A stretch of 64,000 nucleotides of DNA, taken from Pseudomonas sp. F1_0610 (GTDB lineage: Bacteria; Pseudomonadota; Gammaproteobacteria; Pseudomonadales; Pseudomonadaceae). The stretch lies in the NCBI RefSeq assembly GCF_047470865.1, contig NZ_JAZDRH010000008.1, positions 37,165 through 101,164 on the forward strand, in the 5' to 3' direction. Numbering within the stretch: the stretch's first letter is position 1; the number at the start of each line of letters is the position of its first letter. Of the stretch, positions 10,203 through 21,729 are shown piece after piece. Made by a program: the position numbers and the translations under genes. The notes beneath the pieces were generated by a model. The model was given only the letters and a program-made list of their open reading frames with translations, did not search any database and had not been told where the DNA came from.

Positions 10203-10805
10203 ATGAAAATTTTACAAATCAACTCCAGCGCTCAAGGCAATAACGGCAATTCAACAAAGTTAGCTAATCAAATCAGCCAAGCCTTGCTGGCTAAAAACAG
10301 CCAAGCTACACATAGTGTGCGCGATTTAAGCATAACACCTGCTGATGTCGTTGATCCTGCGGGGTTGGCTGCGTTATTTACACCAGAAGAACAACGTACT
10401 GCTGAGCAACAAGCACGTGTTGCCCGCGATGACGTATTGATTAAAGAAGTGCAAGAGCATGATGTCTATGTAATTGGCGTGCCTATGTATAACTTTGGCA
10501 TACCTGCACAACTGAAAAGCTGGATTGATGCTATTTGCCGTGCCCGCGTAACTTTTCGCTATACCGAAAATGGCACTGTAGAAGGCTTATTAAAAAACAA
10601 AAAAGTGTATTTAGCCTTTGCTCGTGGTGGTGTTTACCGTGATAGCGATCGTGACTCACAAATTACGTATTTACGCGCAGTGCTCGCCTTTGTTGGCATT
10701 ACCGACGTACAGCCTATCTATGCTGAAGGCTTACAAATGGGCGATGAAATGAAAGCCAAAGGCTGGGCAGTTGCTGAGCAAGAAATTGCTCAATACGTTG
10801 CCTAA
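10203..10805 (+). CDS. azoR: FMN-dependent NADH-azoreductase
   Basis: 200 aa. MKILQINSS start and flavodoxin-like fold motifs typical of AzoR. Confidence 0.85.
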   Translation: MKILQINSSAQGNNGNSTKLANQISQALLAKNSQATHSVRDLSITPADVVDPAGLAALFTPEEQRTAEQQARVARDDVLIKEVQEHDVYVIGVPMYNFGIPAQLKSWIDAICRARVTFRYTENGTVEGLLKNKKVYLAFARGGVYRDSDRDSQITYLRAVLAFVGITDVQPIYAEGLQMGDEMKAKGWAVAEQEIAQYVA

Positions 10806-10832
10806 TTAGCCTCTGCACCTCAGGAGAACAGC

Positions 10833-11696
10833 ATGAAAACTCAAGCTGAAGTCGTTACACAAGCTCGCACCATAGAGCAAATTGTTCAAGGACAACTTAC
10901 TTCCGATGGTGCAGGTGTAAAACTGACCCGTTTCTTTGGCCACCACTTACAACGGCGTTTAGACCCCTTTTTAATGCTGGATGCCTTTGGTAGTGATGAT
11001 CCTGATGACTACATTGCAGGCTTTCCTGATCATCCTCATCGTGGTTTTGAAACCATGACCTACATGATTAAAGGGCGTATGCTCCATCGCGATAGCCAAG
11101 GTAATGAAGGGTTGTTAGAAACAGGTGGCATGCAGTGGATGAGTGCGACCCGTGGCGTAGTGCACTCGGAGATTCCACAGCAAAAAGAAGGCATAATGCA
11201 AGGTTTTCAACTGTGGACCAACCTAGCCGCCGCTAACAAGATGGATGCGCCTTGGTATAAAGATTTCCAAGCGCAAGATTTACCACGCTTTGCAACTGCA
11301 AACGGTGGTGAAGTCATAGTCATCGCGGGCCAAAGCCATGGCGTGCAAGGGGCGGTTTCTCGGCCAACCACTGAGCCTTTAATTTTAGATATCCATCTAA
11401 AACAAGGTGAAACATTCACCCAAGCCATTGGTAGCGCATTTACTATTTTCGCCCAAGTTTACGAAGGTGAAATTGATGTACAAGGGCAACCCCTTAAAGC
11501 ACAGCAAATGGGCATTTTCGCCCCAGCTACACAAGCTGATGGTGTGGTTTTTACGGCAAAAGAAGACAGTCGAATTTTGTTAGTGGCAGGTAAACCGCTA
11601 AACGAGCCTATCGAACAATATGGTCCGTTTGTCATGAACAATAAAGAGCAGATTTACCAAGCAGTAAATGACTATAGAAACGGCTTGTTCGGCTAA
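10833..11696 (+). CDS. pirin family protein (quercetin 2,3-dioxygenase-like cupin)
   Basis: HPHRGFETMTYM metal-binding cupin motif. 287 aa. Confidence 0.85.
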   Translation: MKTQAEVVTQARTIEQIVQGQLTSDGAGVKLTRFFGHHLQRRLDPFLMLDAFGSDDPDDYIAGFPDHPHRGFETMTYMIKGRMLHRDSQGNEGLLETGGMQWMSATRGVVHSEIPQQKEGIMQGFQLWTNLAAANKMDAPWYKDFQAQDLPRFATANGGEVIVIAGQSHGVQGAVSRPTTEPLILDIHLKQGETFTQAIGSAFTIFAQVYEGEIDVQGQPLKAQQMGIFAPATQADGVVFTAKEDSRILLVAGKPLNEPIEQYGPFVMNNKEQIYQAVNDYRNGLFG

Positions 11697-11701
11697 TTAG
11701 C

Positions 11702-11724
11702 AAGGGGCTTAAAGCCCCTTTTTT
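11702..11724 (+). terminator. Rho-independent terminator after the pirin gene
   Basis: AAGGGGCTT-aaa-GCCCCTTTTTTAC. Confidence 0.6.
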
Positions 11725-12359
11725 ACTTTAATAGCCTTACCCAGTGCAAATAGAATTTCATCTACACGCCTTAAAAAATCAGGTTGTTGCACCTGAATAT
11801 TTTGTTTGATCCAATCTTTATACTCTTGTATGCCCCTTAAATTACTTAAAGAGGTGCCCTGTTTACAGAAACCAACAAAGACTGAATCTTCTTGATCTAT
11901 ATGACGAAAGCAAACAAATGCACGTAATACATGCTGGTCAACAATAACTTCTAGCTCATTTACTAGGTGGCGTCCCAATTGGTTAAACACTAATCCTGTT
12001 TTTGCATTTAGTGGTTGATTATGCCCTGCCTCTTTAGCGCCTCGCACAATATGTTTTATTTTTACAAGATCACCATTTTTCCATAGGACAGCATAGAACA
12101 GCTTTTCTAGAGGCGTTATCAGCTGTGTCTTAACATCCAATTTTAAAATGCCCTCAACAAAATACTCATCGCATAATGTCTCTATCTCTTTATCACTAAG
12201 CGTAAGACCTTCTAGCTCTGGGTATTTAGTGCGATCTAGTTGATTATTTTTTAACACACTATGTACATCCATAATGCTGTCTAAACAGGCTAACGTATTA
12301 GCTGTTTTCAGCTTACCAAAAACCGTTGCTAGTAACTTTTTTGCTTCATTTATTTGCAT
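11709..12359 (-). CDS. hypothetical protein, AT-rich, no recognisable domain
   Basis: 216 aa ORF in an otherwise intergenic position between pirin and coaD. Visibly more AT-rich than its neighbours. Confidence 0.5.
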   Translation of the reverse strand: MQINEAKKLLATVFGKLKTANTLACLDSIMDVHSVLKNNQLDRTKYPELEGLTLSDKEIETLCDEYFVEGILKLDVKTQLITPLEKLFYAVLWKNGDLVKIKHIVRGAKEAGHNQPLNAKTGLVFNQLGRHLVNELEVIVDQHVLRAFVCFRHIDQEDSVFVGFCKQGTSLSNLRGIQEYKDWIKQNIQVQQPDFLRRVDEILFALGKAIKVKKGL

Positions 12360-12403
12360 CTTTTAATACCTTTTCCCTAGCTACTTGCAATGATTAGAAT
12401 TGA

Positions 12404-12964
<561 letters not shown>

Positions 12965-13057
12965 TGTAAAACAAGCATGCCCAGAACTTTAGGTGTGTTT
13001 TTTCTCTAGTTGAGGGATAATTTGCTTGTTGATATCTATTTCTTGTCTCATTGTTGA

Positions 13058-13327
<270 letters not shown>

Positions 13328-13339
13328 CCAGTAAGCAAT

Positions 13340-13374
13340 AAAAAATGCCTTCTTAACGAAGGCATTTTTGTTTC
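13340..13374. terminator. bidirectional Rho-independent terminator
   Basis: AAAAATGCCTTC-ttaac-GAAGGCATTTTTGTTT, between convergent genes. Confidence 0.65.
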
Positions 13375-15314
13375 TACTCAGCGGTCAGTGGGTCAATTTC
13401 TTGTTGAAGAGTTTTATCTGAGGTTTTTGCCGTTGCGCCAGCAGGCGTTCCTCGTAAGAAGCTTTCTTGGTCAAAGCCCAGCTTCATCACATTGCGTAAA
13501 CCTTGAATAATACGGCTGCAATAGCCTAAGTCATTCATTAATGAACTGGCTTGCATACTGCTAATTTTTTGTTCACGCACATCCGTAAATAAATCTGCGC
13601 GGAATTTAGCATCAAAATTAGCAGCTTCTGAGTCCACCCATTCCAGACGGCTTAACCACATATCTTCTGGCATATCTTCACTCACGCCAAGCTCACGAAT
13701 TTGCCGTAATACCCACATTAAATGGCTGCGTAACTCTATGTATTCATTGTGAATAACAGCCTCTCCCTCACGTAAATAATGCCCAAGATTTTTCTGTAAG
13801 TGCTTGGCATCTTTCACTGCATCCACCAACTGTAAAGCCGCTATTTGACAGGTAACCCAAAAACGCTGGTGATCTTCGTCGATTTCAAAATCAATATTCA
13901 CGCGGCTCATAAAATCTAAGATATCGGCATAAACGCTTTTAATGTATTGCTGATACAAGATTTGTGCATCCACCCCTTGCGCATGAGGCCGAGCATGTAA
14001 AATAGCATCATCAATACTAGGGTTAGTGAGCTGCTCAACAGGCTGATAGAGTGCGTGGCAGATCACCTCAAGGCTTAAGCGCCCTAGATGTTTTAACTCC
14101 ATGACAATAGCACGCATGGCTGTATCTACTGAGGACAATGCCGCTTTGTCTAAATAGCGTGCATGTATTGGCTCCGGCATGGCTACCACTGACTCTGCAC
14201 TTTCTGCCGCTTGGCTAGCAACTTCTGGCTCAATAAGTACCGCAGGCTCTTCTTTGTTTGGACGTATACGCTCCAAAAAGCGTACTAACATATCTTGCGT
14301 TGGCCAAAATAACATAAAGCCAATAATGCCAAAAAAAGTTTGAAACAGTGCCAGTTGCAGCAAGGTATTTTCACCTAGCCCTAACAAACTCATAAGCCAG
14401 ACACATAGCCAAGCAAGAGGCGTCAGCAGCGCAAAACAGGCAATGCCTGTAATAAGGTTAAAAATCACATGCGCTAACACTAGCTTTTGCCCACTACGAT
14501 TGCCACCCAGCCAGCCCATAATGGCAGTGGTCACACTACTACCGAGGTTGCCACCAATAGCCGCTGCCATGCCTTGGGTTAAATCAATTTGATTAGTTGC
14601 CAGCGCTGCCAAAATTAAAATCATAGTGGCATGGCTAGACTGCAAAACAGCGGTTAATAAAATACCAATGCCCACAAATAAGAGGGAGCCTAACCAGCCT
14701 GTTTCAGAGACAGAAGTAAGATCTATTGCATCGCCCAGTTCATTAAAACCATTTTTAATGTTTTCAATGCCAAGAAAAATAAAGGCGATCCCTAATACAA
14801 TGCGCCCGGCAGCTTTTCCTTTGCTCCCTGTAAAACCAGCTAATACACCAAAAACTAATAGCGGTAACGCTAGCACACTCAGGCTAAAGTTTTGCCCTGC
14901 AGCGGCCAGCAACCACATGCCAGGCACTGTGCCTAAGTTAATACCAATTAAAATAGCGATAGAGCTAGAAAAGTGCAGCAAGCCTGTACTTAAAAAAGCA
15001 ACTGTCAACAACGACATTAAGGTGGTTGATTGCAAAACACTGGTACCACCAGCGCCAAATAAAAAGCTTTTAAACTTGGTTTCAGTACTTTTTGCCAGCA
15101 ATATTTCTAATTTGCCACCTGCTAGCTGTTTTAAACCTTCCTCAAGGCATTGCATGCCAAATAAGAACAGTGCTAGACCCGCACATAGCGTCATCCATGA
15201 TGTGCTATAGAAAAAACTCAGGGATAAACCAATAAGAATAATTAACGGCAATACGAGCGCTTTAACTTTCTGCATACATGCATTCCTGCCCAAATTAGCA
15301 AGCCGAAATCGCAT
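13374..15314 (-). CDS. Na+/phosphate cotransporter family protein with C-terminal PhoU-like domain (YjbB-like)
   Basis: 646 aa. N-terminal polytopic Na/Pi-cotransporter II repeats and a C-terminal soluble PhoU-like helical domain. Confidence 0.8.
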   Translation of the reverse strand: MRFRLANLGRNACMQKVKALVLPLIILIGLSLSFFYSTSWMTLCAGLALFLFGMQCLEEGLKQLAGGKLEILLAKSTETKFKSFLFGAGGTSVLQSTTLMSLLTVAFLSTGLLHFSSSIAILIGINLGTVPGMWLLAAAGQNFSLSVLALPLLVFGVLAGFTGSKGKAAGRIVLGIAFIFLGIENIKNGFNELGDAIDLTSVSETGWLGSLLFVGIGILLTAVLQSSHATMILILAALATNQIDLTQGMAAAIGGNLGSSVTTAIMGWLGGNRSGQKLVLAHVIFNLITGIACFALLTPLAWLCVWLMSLLGLGENTLLQLALFQTFFGIIGFMLFWPTQDMLVRFLERIRPNKEEPAVLIEPEVASQAAESAESVVAMPEPIHARYLDKAALSSVDTAMRAIVMELKHLGRLSLEVICHALYQPVEQLTNPSIDDAILHARPHAQGVDAQILYQQYIKSVYADILDFMSRVNIDFEIDEDHQRFWVTCQIAALQLVDAVKDAKHLQKNLGHYLREGEAVIHNEYIELRSHLMWVLRQIRELGVSEDMPEDMWLSRLEWVDSEAANFDAKFRADLFTDVREQKISSMQASSLMNDLGYCSRIIQGLRNVMKLGFDQESFLRGTPAGATAKTSDKTLQQEIDPLTAE

Positions 15315-15339
15315 GATTATTCATGCGAACCAAAGTTTT

Positions 15340-16152
15340 TTATTTTTGGCAGTTTGGACAGAATACGCTAGAGCGTTGCCCTAGTTTCACTTCACGAAGT
15401 GATCGAGCACACACTAGACAAGGCTGATTTGTGCGTCCGTAAACATTAAGTTCCTGTTGAAAATAGCCAGGCTTACCATCGCCCCCTACAAAATCGCGTA
15501 ATGTAGTGCCACCACGTTCAATGGCTATGGCTAAAATACGCTTTATTTCTTCTGCCAAACGTACATAGCGTGCCTTGGAAATACTTTTTGCTTCACGGCG
15601 TGGATCAATACCCGCTGCAAATAATGCTTCAGATGCATAAATATTTCCCACACCCACTACAATAGCGTTATCCATAATAAAGGGTTTAACTGACATTGTT
15701 CGCTTGCGCGATAACTGATACAGACGTAGCCCTGTAAACTCCTCAGATAGAGGCTCTGGGCCTAAATTGGCTAGCAAGCTGTGCTTGAGAGGCTCATGAT
15801 CCCACAGCATGGCACCAAAGCGGCGAGGATCGGTATAACGCAGCGCCATACCGTTATTTAAAACAATATCCACATGTTCATGCTTAGCCGCTGGCGTATC
15901 TGCACTCACCATACGTAAACTGCCAGACATGCCTAAATGGCAAATCAAAGTACCCACTTGCGCGTGAATCAAAAGATATTTAGCGCGCCGTTCAACCTCT
16001 GTAATAGACTGGCCAGAAAGGCGAATATCTAAATCTTCAGGAATTGGCCAGCGTAAGCGACTATTACGCACAATCACCTGCTGCACACGCTGACCAATAA
16101 GATGCGGCGCTATTCCGCGCCGCGTTGTTTCTACTTCAGGAAGTTCTGGCAT
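15340..16152 (-). CDS. mutM: formamidopyrimidine-DNA glycosylase
   Basis: [14 protein letters not shown]-terminus (catalytic Pro2 and Glu3) and a C-terminal zinc finger CLVC...CPNC. Confidence 0.9.
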   Translation of the reverse strand: MPELPEVETTRRGIAPHLIGQRVQQVIVRNSRLRWPIPEDLDIRLSGQSITEVERRAKYLLIHAQVGTLICHLGMSGSLRMVSADTPAAKHEHVDIVLNNGMALRYTDPRRFGAMLWDHEPLKHSLLANLGPEPLSEEFTGLRLYQLSRKRTMSVKPFIMDNAIVVGVGNIYASEALFAAGIDPRREAKSISKARYVRLAEEIKRILAIAIERGGTTLRDFVGGDGKPGYFQQELNVYGRTNQPCLVCARSLREVKLGQRSSVFCPNCQK

Positions 16153-16826
16153 TAACTGCGCGCCAACACTTTCATTTGCGTTTCAGTATGACCCACTAAA
16201 GACAATGCCAAAGTATCGCCTATGTTGAGTGGACCAACACCTACTGGCGTACCTGTAAGCACCACATCCCCAGGTTGCAAACTAAAGTTGCCTGCAATGT
16301 GCTGAATTAATGGGATGATTGGGTTAAGCATATCGCGGCTATTGCCGTCTTGACGCACTTCACCGTTAATGCTTAAACGAATACCCATATCGGTTAAGTC
16401 GCCTACTTCATCACTATGAATAAACGCAGTTAACACACAGGCACCATCAAAGGATTTTGCCAGCTCCCAAGGTAAGCCTTTTTCTTTGAGCTTACTCTGC
16501 ACATCACGCAGGGTTAAATCTAGCGCTGCGGCATAGCCTGAAATGGCATCTAATACTTCTTCGTTGTCAGGTTTGCGCGACAACGGTTTGCCAATTAAGA
16601 CGCCAATTTCTGCCTCATAATGCACAACACCGCGATCAGTAGGTATGCTAAAACCGCCCTCAGGACAAACCACGCAGCTTCCTGGCTTAATAAAGAGTAA
16701 CGGTTCCGTCGGCACAGGGTTGTTCAGTTCTTTAGCATGCTCAGCATAATTACGACCTACACATACCACTTTGCCCACTGGAAAATGAATACGTGTGCCA
16801 TCTGTATAGCGGTGTTGATAGCTCAT
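16152..16826 (-). CDS. fumarylacetoacetate hydrolase (FAH) family protein, YcgM-like
   Basis: 224 aa FAH-fold protein. Its stop overlaps the mutM start. Confidence 0.8.
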   Translation of the reverse strand: MSYQHRYTDGTRIHFPVGKVVCVGRNYAEHAKELNNPVPTEPLLFIKPGSCVVCPEGGFSIPTDRGVVHYEAEIGVLIGKPLSRKPDNEEVLDAISGYAAALDLTLRDVQSKLKEKGLPWELAKSFDGACVLTAFIHSDEVGDLTDMGIRLSINGEVRQDGNSRDMLNPIIPLIQHIAGNFSLQPGDVVLTGTPVGVGPLNIGDTLALSLVGHTETQMKVLARS

Positions 16827-16844
16827 AACACTCCCTCAAAGAAA

Positions 16845-18293
16845 TTAGTTAGACTCAGGCGCGAAAATTTTTCCTGGGTTCATAATGCCGTTTGGATCAA
16901 ACACTGCCTTAATGGCTTTCATATAGGCAATTTCTTCTTCACTGCGACTGTATTGCAAGTAATCGCGTTTGGTCATGCCAACGCCATGCTCAGCAGAAAT
17001 TGAGCCATTGTGTTTTTGCACAATTTCAAACACCCACTGGTTAACCGTGGCGCATTTTGCAAAGAATTCATCTTTTTCCATAGTTTCTGGTTTTAAGATG
17101 TTTAAGTGCAAGTTGCCATCACCAATATGGCCAAACCATACCACTTCAAAATCAGGGTAGTTTTTCTCTACCACCTCATCAATTTCACGCAAGAACGCAG
17201 GTACTTGACTCACAGTGACGGAAATATCGTTTTTGTAAGGCGTCCAATGAGAAATCGTTTCTGAAATATACTCGCGTAGTTTCCACAGATTCTCTAATTG
17301 CTGCTCGCTTTGGCTCATCACGCCGTCCCACACCCACTCTTGCTCAACACAATGCTCAAATAGCTCAAGAGCGGTGTTAGATACCTCTTCGCTGGTCGCT
17401 TCAAACTCCAGCAATGCGTAGAACGGGCATTCTGTTTCAAACGCCGGCGGCACATCACCACGTGCTAGTACTTTAGCTAAGGCTTTGTCAGAGAAAAACT
17501 CAAAAGCAGTTAGATCGATTTTGCTACGAAACGCATGCATAACAGGCATGATGGCATCAAAGTCAGACAAACCTAATACCAATGCAGTTAAGTTTTTGGG
17601 TGCACGGTCTAGCTGCATAGTTGCTTCGACTACAAAGCCCAATGTGCCTTCGGCGCCAATAAATAATTGACGCATATCATAGCCAGTGGCGTTTTTTACC
17701 AGCCCTTTGTTGAGCTCAAGAATGTCACCTTTCCCAGTAACTACTTTTAAGCCAGCTACCCAGTTACGCGTCATGCCGTAACGAATTACCTTGATACCAC
17801 CCGCATTAGTGCCAATGTTGCCACCAATTTGGCTAGAGCCTGCTGAGGCAAAATCAACAGGATAGTACAAACCTTTTTCTTCCGCGAAGTTCTGCAGTTG
17901 CTCAGTCACCACACCAGGCTGACATACTGCAGTACGATCATATTCGTTAAAGCTCAATACTTTATTCATGTAGTCGAAGGAAACTACAACCTCACCGTTA
18001 GCCGCAACGGCAGCGGCGGATAAACCAGTACGACCGCCAGAGGGCACTAGGGCCACCTTGCGTTCATTTGCCCAACGCACAATCGCCTGTACTTGTTCTG
18101 TGGTGCGTGGGAATGCAATTGCTAATGGAGCTGGAGCAAAATGTTTGGTCCAATCCTTTCCATGCGCTTCTAGCGACTCGGCGTCCGTAAGGACTTTGCC
18201 GTCATCCAATAAACTTTTTAATTCTTCAATTAACGCAAGGTTTGTCATTTCTTTAGTCTCGTGTGGTTCATCCACAGCGTGAATATCCTTCAT
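16845..18293 (-). CDS. FAD-binding oxidoreductase (GlcD/D-2-hydroxyglutarate dehydrogenase-like)
   Basis: 482 aa. FAD-binding PCMH domain (ALVPSGGRTGLSAAAV) and FAD-linked oxidase C-terminal domain. Divergent from serA. Confidence 0.85.
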   Translation of the reverse strand: MKDIHAVDEPHETKEMTNLALIEELKSLLDDGKVLTDAESLEAHGKDWTKHFAPAPLAIAFPRTTEQVQAIVRWANERKVALVPSGGRTGLSAAAVAANGEVVVSFDYMNKVLSFNEYDRTAVCQPGVVTEQLQNFAEEKGLYYPVDFASAGSSQIGGNIGTNAGGIKVIRYGMTRNWVAGLKVVTGKGDILELNKGLVKNATGYDMRQLFIGAEGTLGFVVEATMQLDRAPKNLTALVLGLSDFDAIMPVMHAFRSKIDLTAFEFFSDKALAKVLARGDVPPAFETECPFYALLEFEATSEEVSNTALELFEHCVEQEWVWDGVMSQSEQQLENLWKLREYISETISHWTPYKNDISVTVSQVPAFLREIDEVVEKNYPDFEVVWFGHIGDGNLHLNILKPETMEKDEFFAKCATVNQWVFEIVQKHNGSISAEHGVGMTKRDYLQYSRSEEEIAYMKAIKAVFDPNGIMNPGKIFAPESN

Positions 18294-18457
18294 AATTATT
18301 CAGGCTGTTTTCTTTTTAGTATATGTTAGCATAGGCAGCATCCCGCTAGTCGTGCTTTTCGCCGATTCCCGGGCCGGCTAATAAAATTATTTGCCGATCC
18401 GGTCAGTTACCACTGTCCACCAATTTGCCATTCACCTCGATAAACAGGTTTACGCAG

Positions 18458-19690
18458 ATGAGCAAAACGTCGCTTGATAAAAGCAAAATTCGCTTTCTAC
18501 TTCTAGAAGGCGTACACCAAAATGCTGTAGATACGCTGCATGCCGCAGGTTATTCAAATATTGAATACCTAGCAGGTTCTTTACCAGAAGATGAGCTCAA
18601 AGAAAAGATCCGTGATGCTCATTTCATCGGTATTCGCTCTCGCACACAGCTGACCGAAGAAATCTTCGACTGTGCAGAGAAGCTAGTTGCTGTGGGCTGC
18701 TTTTGTATCGGTACCAACCAAGTTGACTTAAACGCAGCGCGTGAGCGCGGCATCGCCGTTTTCAATGCGCCATTCTCAAATACTCGTTCGGTAGCAGAGC
18801 TCGCTCTGGCTGAAGCTATTATGCTATTACGTGGTATTCCGGAGAAGAACGCTTCCTGCCACCGTGGTGGTTGGATGAAGAGCGCATCTGGTTCCTATGA
18901 AATCCGCGGTAAAAAACTTGGGATTATCGGCTACGGCTCTATTGGCACGCAGCTTTCTGTACTAGCAGAAGCGCTAGGTATGGACGTTTACTACTACGAT
19001 GTAGTCACCAAGTTGCCTTACGGTAATGCTAAGCAAGTTGGTAGCTTAAAAGAGCTATTAGCTTTAGCTGATATTGTGTCTTTGCACGTTCCACAACTAC
19101 CTTCTACTCAGTGGATGATTAGTGAAAAAGAACTACGCACCATGAAGAAAGGCTCAATCCTACTGAATGCCGCTCGTGGCACTGTAGTTGTCATTGAAGA
19201 CCTAGTTAAAGTGCTAGAAGACGGTCACCTAGCAGGTGCTGCTATCGACGTATTCCCTGTTGAGCCTCGTGCTAACGGCGAAGAGTTTGAAAGCCCACTG
19301 CGTAAGTTTGATAACGTAATTCTAACGCCACACGTAGGCGGTTCAACCCAAGAAGCTCAAGCGAATATTGGTCTTGAAGTAGCAGAAAAGCTAGTTAAGT
19401 ACAGCGATAACGGTACTTCTGTATCTTCTGTAAACTTCCCAGAGTTAGCCTTACCTGCGCATCCTGGCAAGCACCGTATCCTACATATTCACAAGAATAT
19501 CCCTGGCGTTATGGGTGAAATTAACAAAGTATTTGCTGATAACAACATCAACGTATCAGGTCAATTTCTACAAACCAATGATAGCGTTGGCTATGTAGTA
19601 ATTGATGTTGATGCAGCGGTTGCAGCCGATGCTTACGAAAAACTACAGCATGTTAAAGGCACTATGCGCTGCCGCATCTTATTCTCTTAA
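18458..19690 (+). CDS. serA: D-3-phosphoglycerate dehydrogenase with C-terminal ACT domain
   Basis: MSKTSLDKSKIRFLLLEGVHQ matches the E. coli SerA N-terminus. NAD Rossmann motif GIIGYGSIG. Internal ATG chosen over the ORF-track extension. Confidence 0.9.
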   Translation: MSKTSLDKSKIRFLLLEGVHQNAVDTLHAAGYSNIEYLAGSLPEDELKEKIRDAHFIGIRSRTQLTEEIFDCAEKLVAVGCFCIGTNQVDLNAARERGIAVFNAPFSNTRSVAELALAEAIMLLRGIPEKNASCHRGGWMKSASGSYEIRGKKLGIIGYGSIGTQLSVLAEALGMDVYYYDVVTKLPYGNAKQVGSLKELLALADIVSLHVPQLPSTQWMISEKELRTMKKGSILLNAARGTVVVIEDLVKVLEDGHLAGAAIDVFPVEPRANGEEFESPLRKFDNVILTPHVGGSTQEAQANIGLEVAEKLVKYSDNGTSVSSVNFPELALPAHPGKHRILHIHKNIPGVMGEINKVFADNNINVSGQFLQTNDSVGYVVIDVDAAVAADAYEKLQHVKGTMRCRILFS

Positions 19691-19704
19691 GAAACTGTTG
19701 TAGT

Positions 19705-19742
19705 ACAAAAAACGCCTGATTTATATCAGGCGTTTTATTTAG
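19705..19742 (+). terminator. Rho-independent terminator after serA
   Basis: AACGCCTGAT-ttat-ATCAGGCGTTTTATTT. Confidence 0.65.
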
Positions 19743-19764
19743 CATTTTAACCATAACTTAACTA

Positions 19765-20397
19765 TTAAATTTTATTTAAGTCTTGCACTAACTGCGCAAT
19801 AGTCTCATCTGTTAGTGGTTCCTTAGACATAAATTGCACTATTGCTATTTCGTTTTCTAACACCGCTTTAACAATATAAATAACATGCAAATTATGGTTA
19901 TTCTTACCCAGAATATAATTTACGCCTGCCTGAGTATGAGCCGTAAAATGGCCTTCTTGTGCATTGATATCGGCTAAAAAGCGTTGCTGGAATGGTCTAG
20001 GCCCTTGATAGGTAAAAATTTCCTGAGTGATAAGCGTTTTATCATCAGTTGTAGTAAAGGTGCTGTGAATATAACCGCCCTGCCTTTTAATTTGTCGTTC
20101 ACCTGCCAAAACATAGTGCTTGCCTGCTACCTGATAGGATATATTCAGTAGCTGATTAATTGGGCTATTTAACGGCAAACCTGTTGGTGTCTGTTGAATA
20201 CCATAGCATTTGACATAATTTTGGTACTCAGGATTAATAATAGGCTGCTTTGTAGGTAGTCCTGTTTTATCAATAAATTGCCCTTGATGATCTTTTAAAT
20301 ATTTCTGTGGCACCTCACCATAATAGCAACGGCCTGTATCCAACGCTGAGCATCCAACCAAACCCAATATACTTAATATTATTAATAGTTTTTCCAT
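19765..20397 (-). CDS. lipoprotein of unknown function
   Basis: Lipobox LVGCSA. 210 aa. Confidence 0.6.
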   Translation of the reverse strand: MEKLLIILSILGLVGCSALDTGRCYYGEVPQKYLKDHQGQFIDKTGLPTKQPIINPEYQNYVKCYGIQQTPTGLPLNSPINQLLNISYQVAGKHYVLAGERQIKRQGGYIHSTFTTTDDKTLITQEIFTYQGPRPFQQRFLADINAQEGHFTAHTQAGVNYILGKNNHNLHVIYIVKAVLENEIAIVQFMSKEPLTDETIAQLVQDLNKI

Positions 20398-20589
20398 TTT
20401 GCTTAATCCTTATTTCGCTGCTGCTATACTCTCTGATGAGTATGCTGTTACTCGCCACTATAACTGCTTAGCGCAGATATGTTTCACTACAATTCTAGTC
20501 ATTCAATTTATACTTTTAACGACTTAGAGCATATATTTACTTTGTAGATCTTTTATGGTTGATCTACATCTACTGAGGACTATTAAGTT

Positions 20590-21264
20590 ATGCGTAAAGC
20601 TTTTTTTATAATTGCCCTGTTAGGCGCAGCTCTACTTGGATTAGCTGGCTATTTCATTAATGGCACTAAAAACTTCCTAAATACGGCAACGCAAACAGAA
20701 GGTACCGTTATTGAGCTGGTAGGCTCAGATACTAAAGCACCACGTGTTGCTTTTATTGATCAGAACGGTAATGAGCACACCTATAAATCTTCTGTTTCAT
20801 CTAGCCCACCAAGCTACTATGTAGGCGAGAAAGTCACCGTTTATTATGACCCGTCTAACCTTAATAAAATTGAAATTGATGGCTTCACATCGCTATGGCT
20901 TGGTTCCACGATATTAGCGGGTATTGGTGGCATTCTTTTCTTAATTGGAGCAGTGCCTTTTGTAATTTTCTCACGCAAAAATAGCCAAAATAAAAGACTC
21001 AAAAGTTCAGGAACTTTAGTACAAGCGACATTTACTGGAACTGAGTTTGGAAATGTAGCTGTCAATAATCGCAGTCCCTATATTTTGTGCTGCCAGTGGA
21101 AAAGTCCAACATCCGACTTGATCTATATTTTCAAAAGTGACTATATTTGGTTTGACCCAAACCCTTATATCAAAGAATCGCAAACTATTGGGGTGTACAT
21201 CGACCCAAGCGATCCTAAAAAACACTATATTGATTTAGGTTTTTTACCCAAGTTAGCCAGTTAA
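20590..21264 (+). CDS. DUF3592-like membrane protein
   Basis: N-terminal TM segment, beta-rich domain, second TM segment. Architecture typical of DUF3592. Confidence 0.55.
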   Translation: MRKAFFIIALLGAALLGLAGYFINGTKNFLNTATQTEGTVIELVGSDTKAPRVAFIDQNGNEHTYKSSVSSSPPSYYVGEKVTVYYDPSNLNKIEIDGFTSLWLGSTILAGIGGILFLIGAVPFVIFSRKNSQNKRLKSSGTLVQATFTGTEFGNVAVNNRSPYILCCQWKSPTSDLIYIFKSDYIWFDPNPYIKESQTIGVYIDPSDPKKHYIDLGFLPKLAS

Positions 21265-21297
21265 AAATATCCACTTAATGCATAGAAGGATAGCGTT

Positions 21298-21729
21298 ATG
21301 GCAGCCGAATACACTAATAGCCAGCATAGCTTTCACTATCAATTACTAGCAGCATGGCTGAAAAGCAGTAGAGTTCTAAGCCTGCTATCCTTAGCATTAT
21401 TACTTTGTGGTGCTGCACTAAGCGTGCATTATGAACAACTATTTGGCTTGCTTAGCCATATCATCATTGCATTATTTGCTCAGTATTTTGGGCTACGCTT
21501 ATACATGGACGGCTTAATTTTTCAATCACTGACACACACCAGTGCCTGCGATAAACTTGAACAGTTGGATGCCAGTTTGCACTTCCTATTTGGCAAGCAA
21601 ATAACGGCAACACGTACACTCTATGAACGTATTTGCGCTTGCCGTCGACTCTATATTTACTTTGCCTTAGCTCTGTTGATTCAGCTGTTATCTATTGTGC
21701 GACAAGTTATCTATATCCTGTACTTTTAA
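21298..21729 (+). CDS. hypothetical membrane protein
   Basis: 143 aa with three hydrophobic segments. No recognisable domain. Confidence 0.4.
   Translation: MAAEYTNSQHSFHYQLLAAWLKSSRVLSLLSLALLLCGAALSVHYEQLFGLLSHIIIALFAQYFGLRLYMDGLIFQSLTHTSACDKLEQLDASLHFLFGKQITATRTLYERICACRRLYIYFALALLIQLLSIVRQVIYILYF

Noticed and set aside
14626-15210. Antisense and overlapping ORFs inside established genes (1744..2172, 3152..3364, 7179..7505, 14626..15210, 26561..26950, 34894..35179, 12989..13258 and others)
   Set aside because: They lie wholly within and opposite to well-supported CDSs, have biased low-complexity composition and lack independent signals. Treated as spurious.
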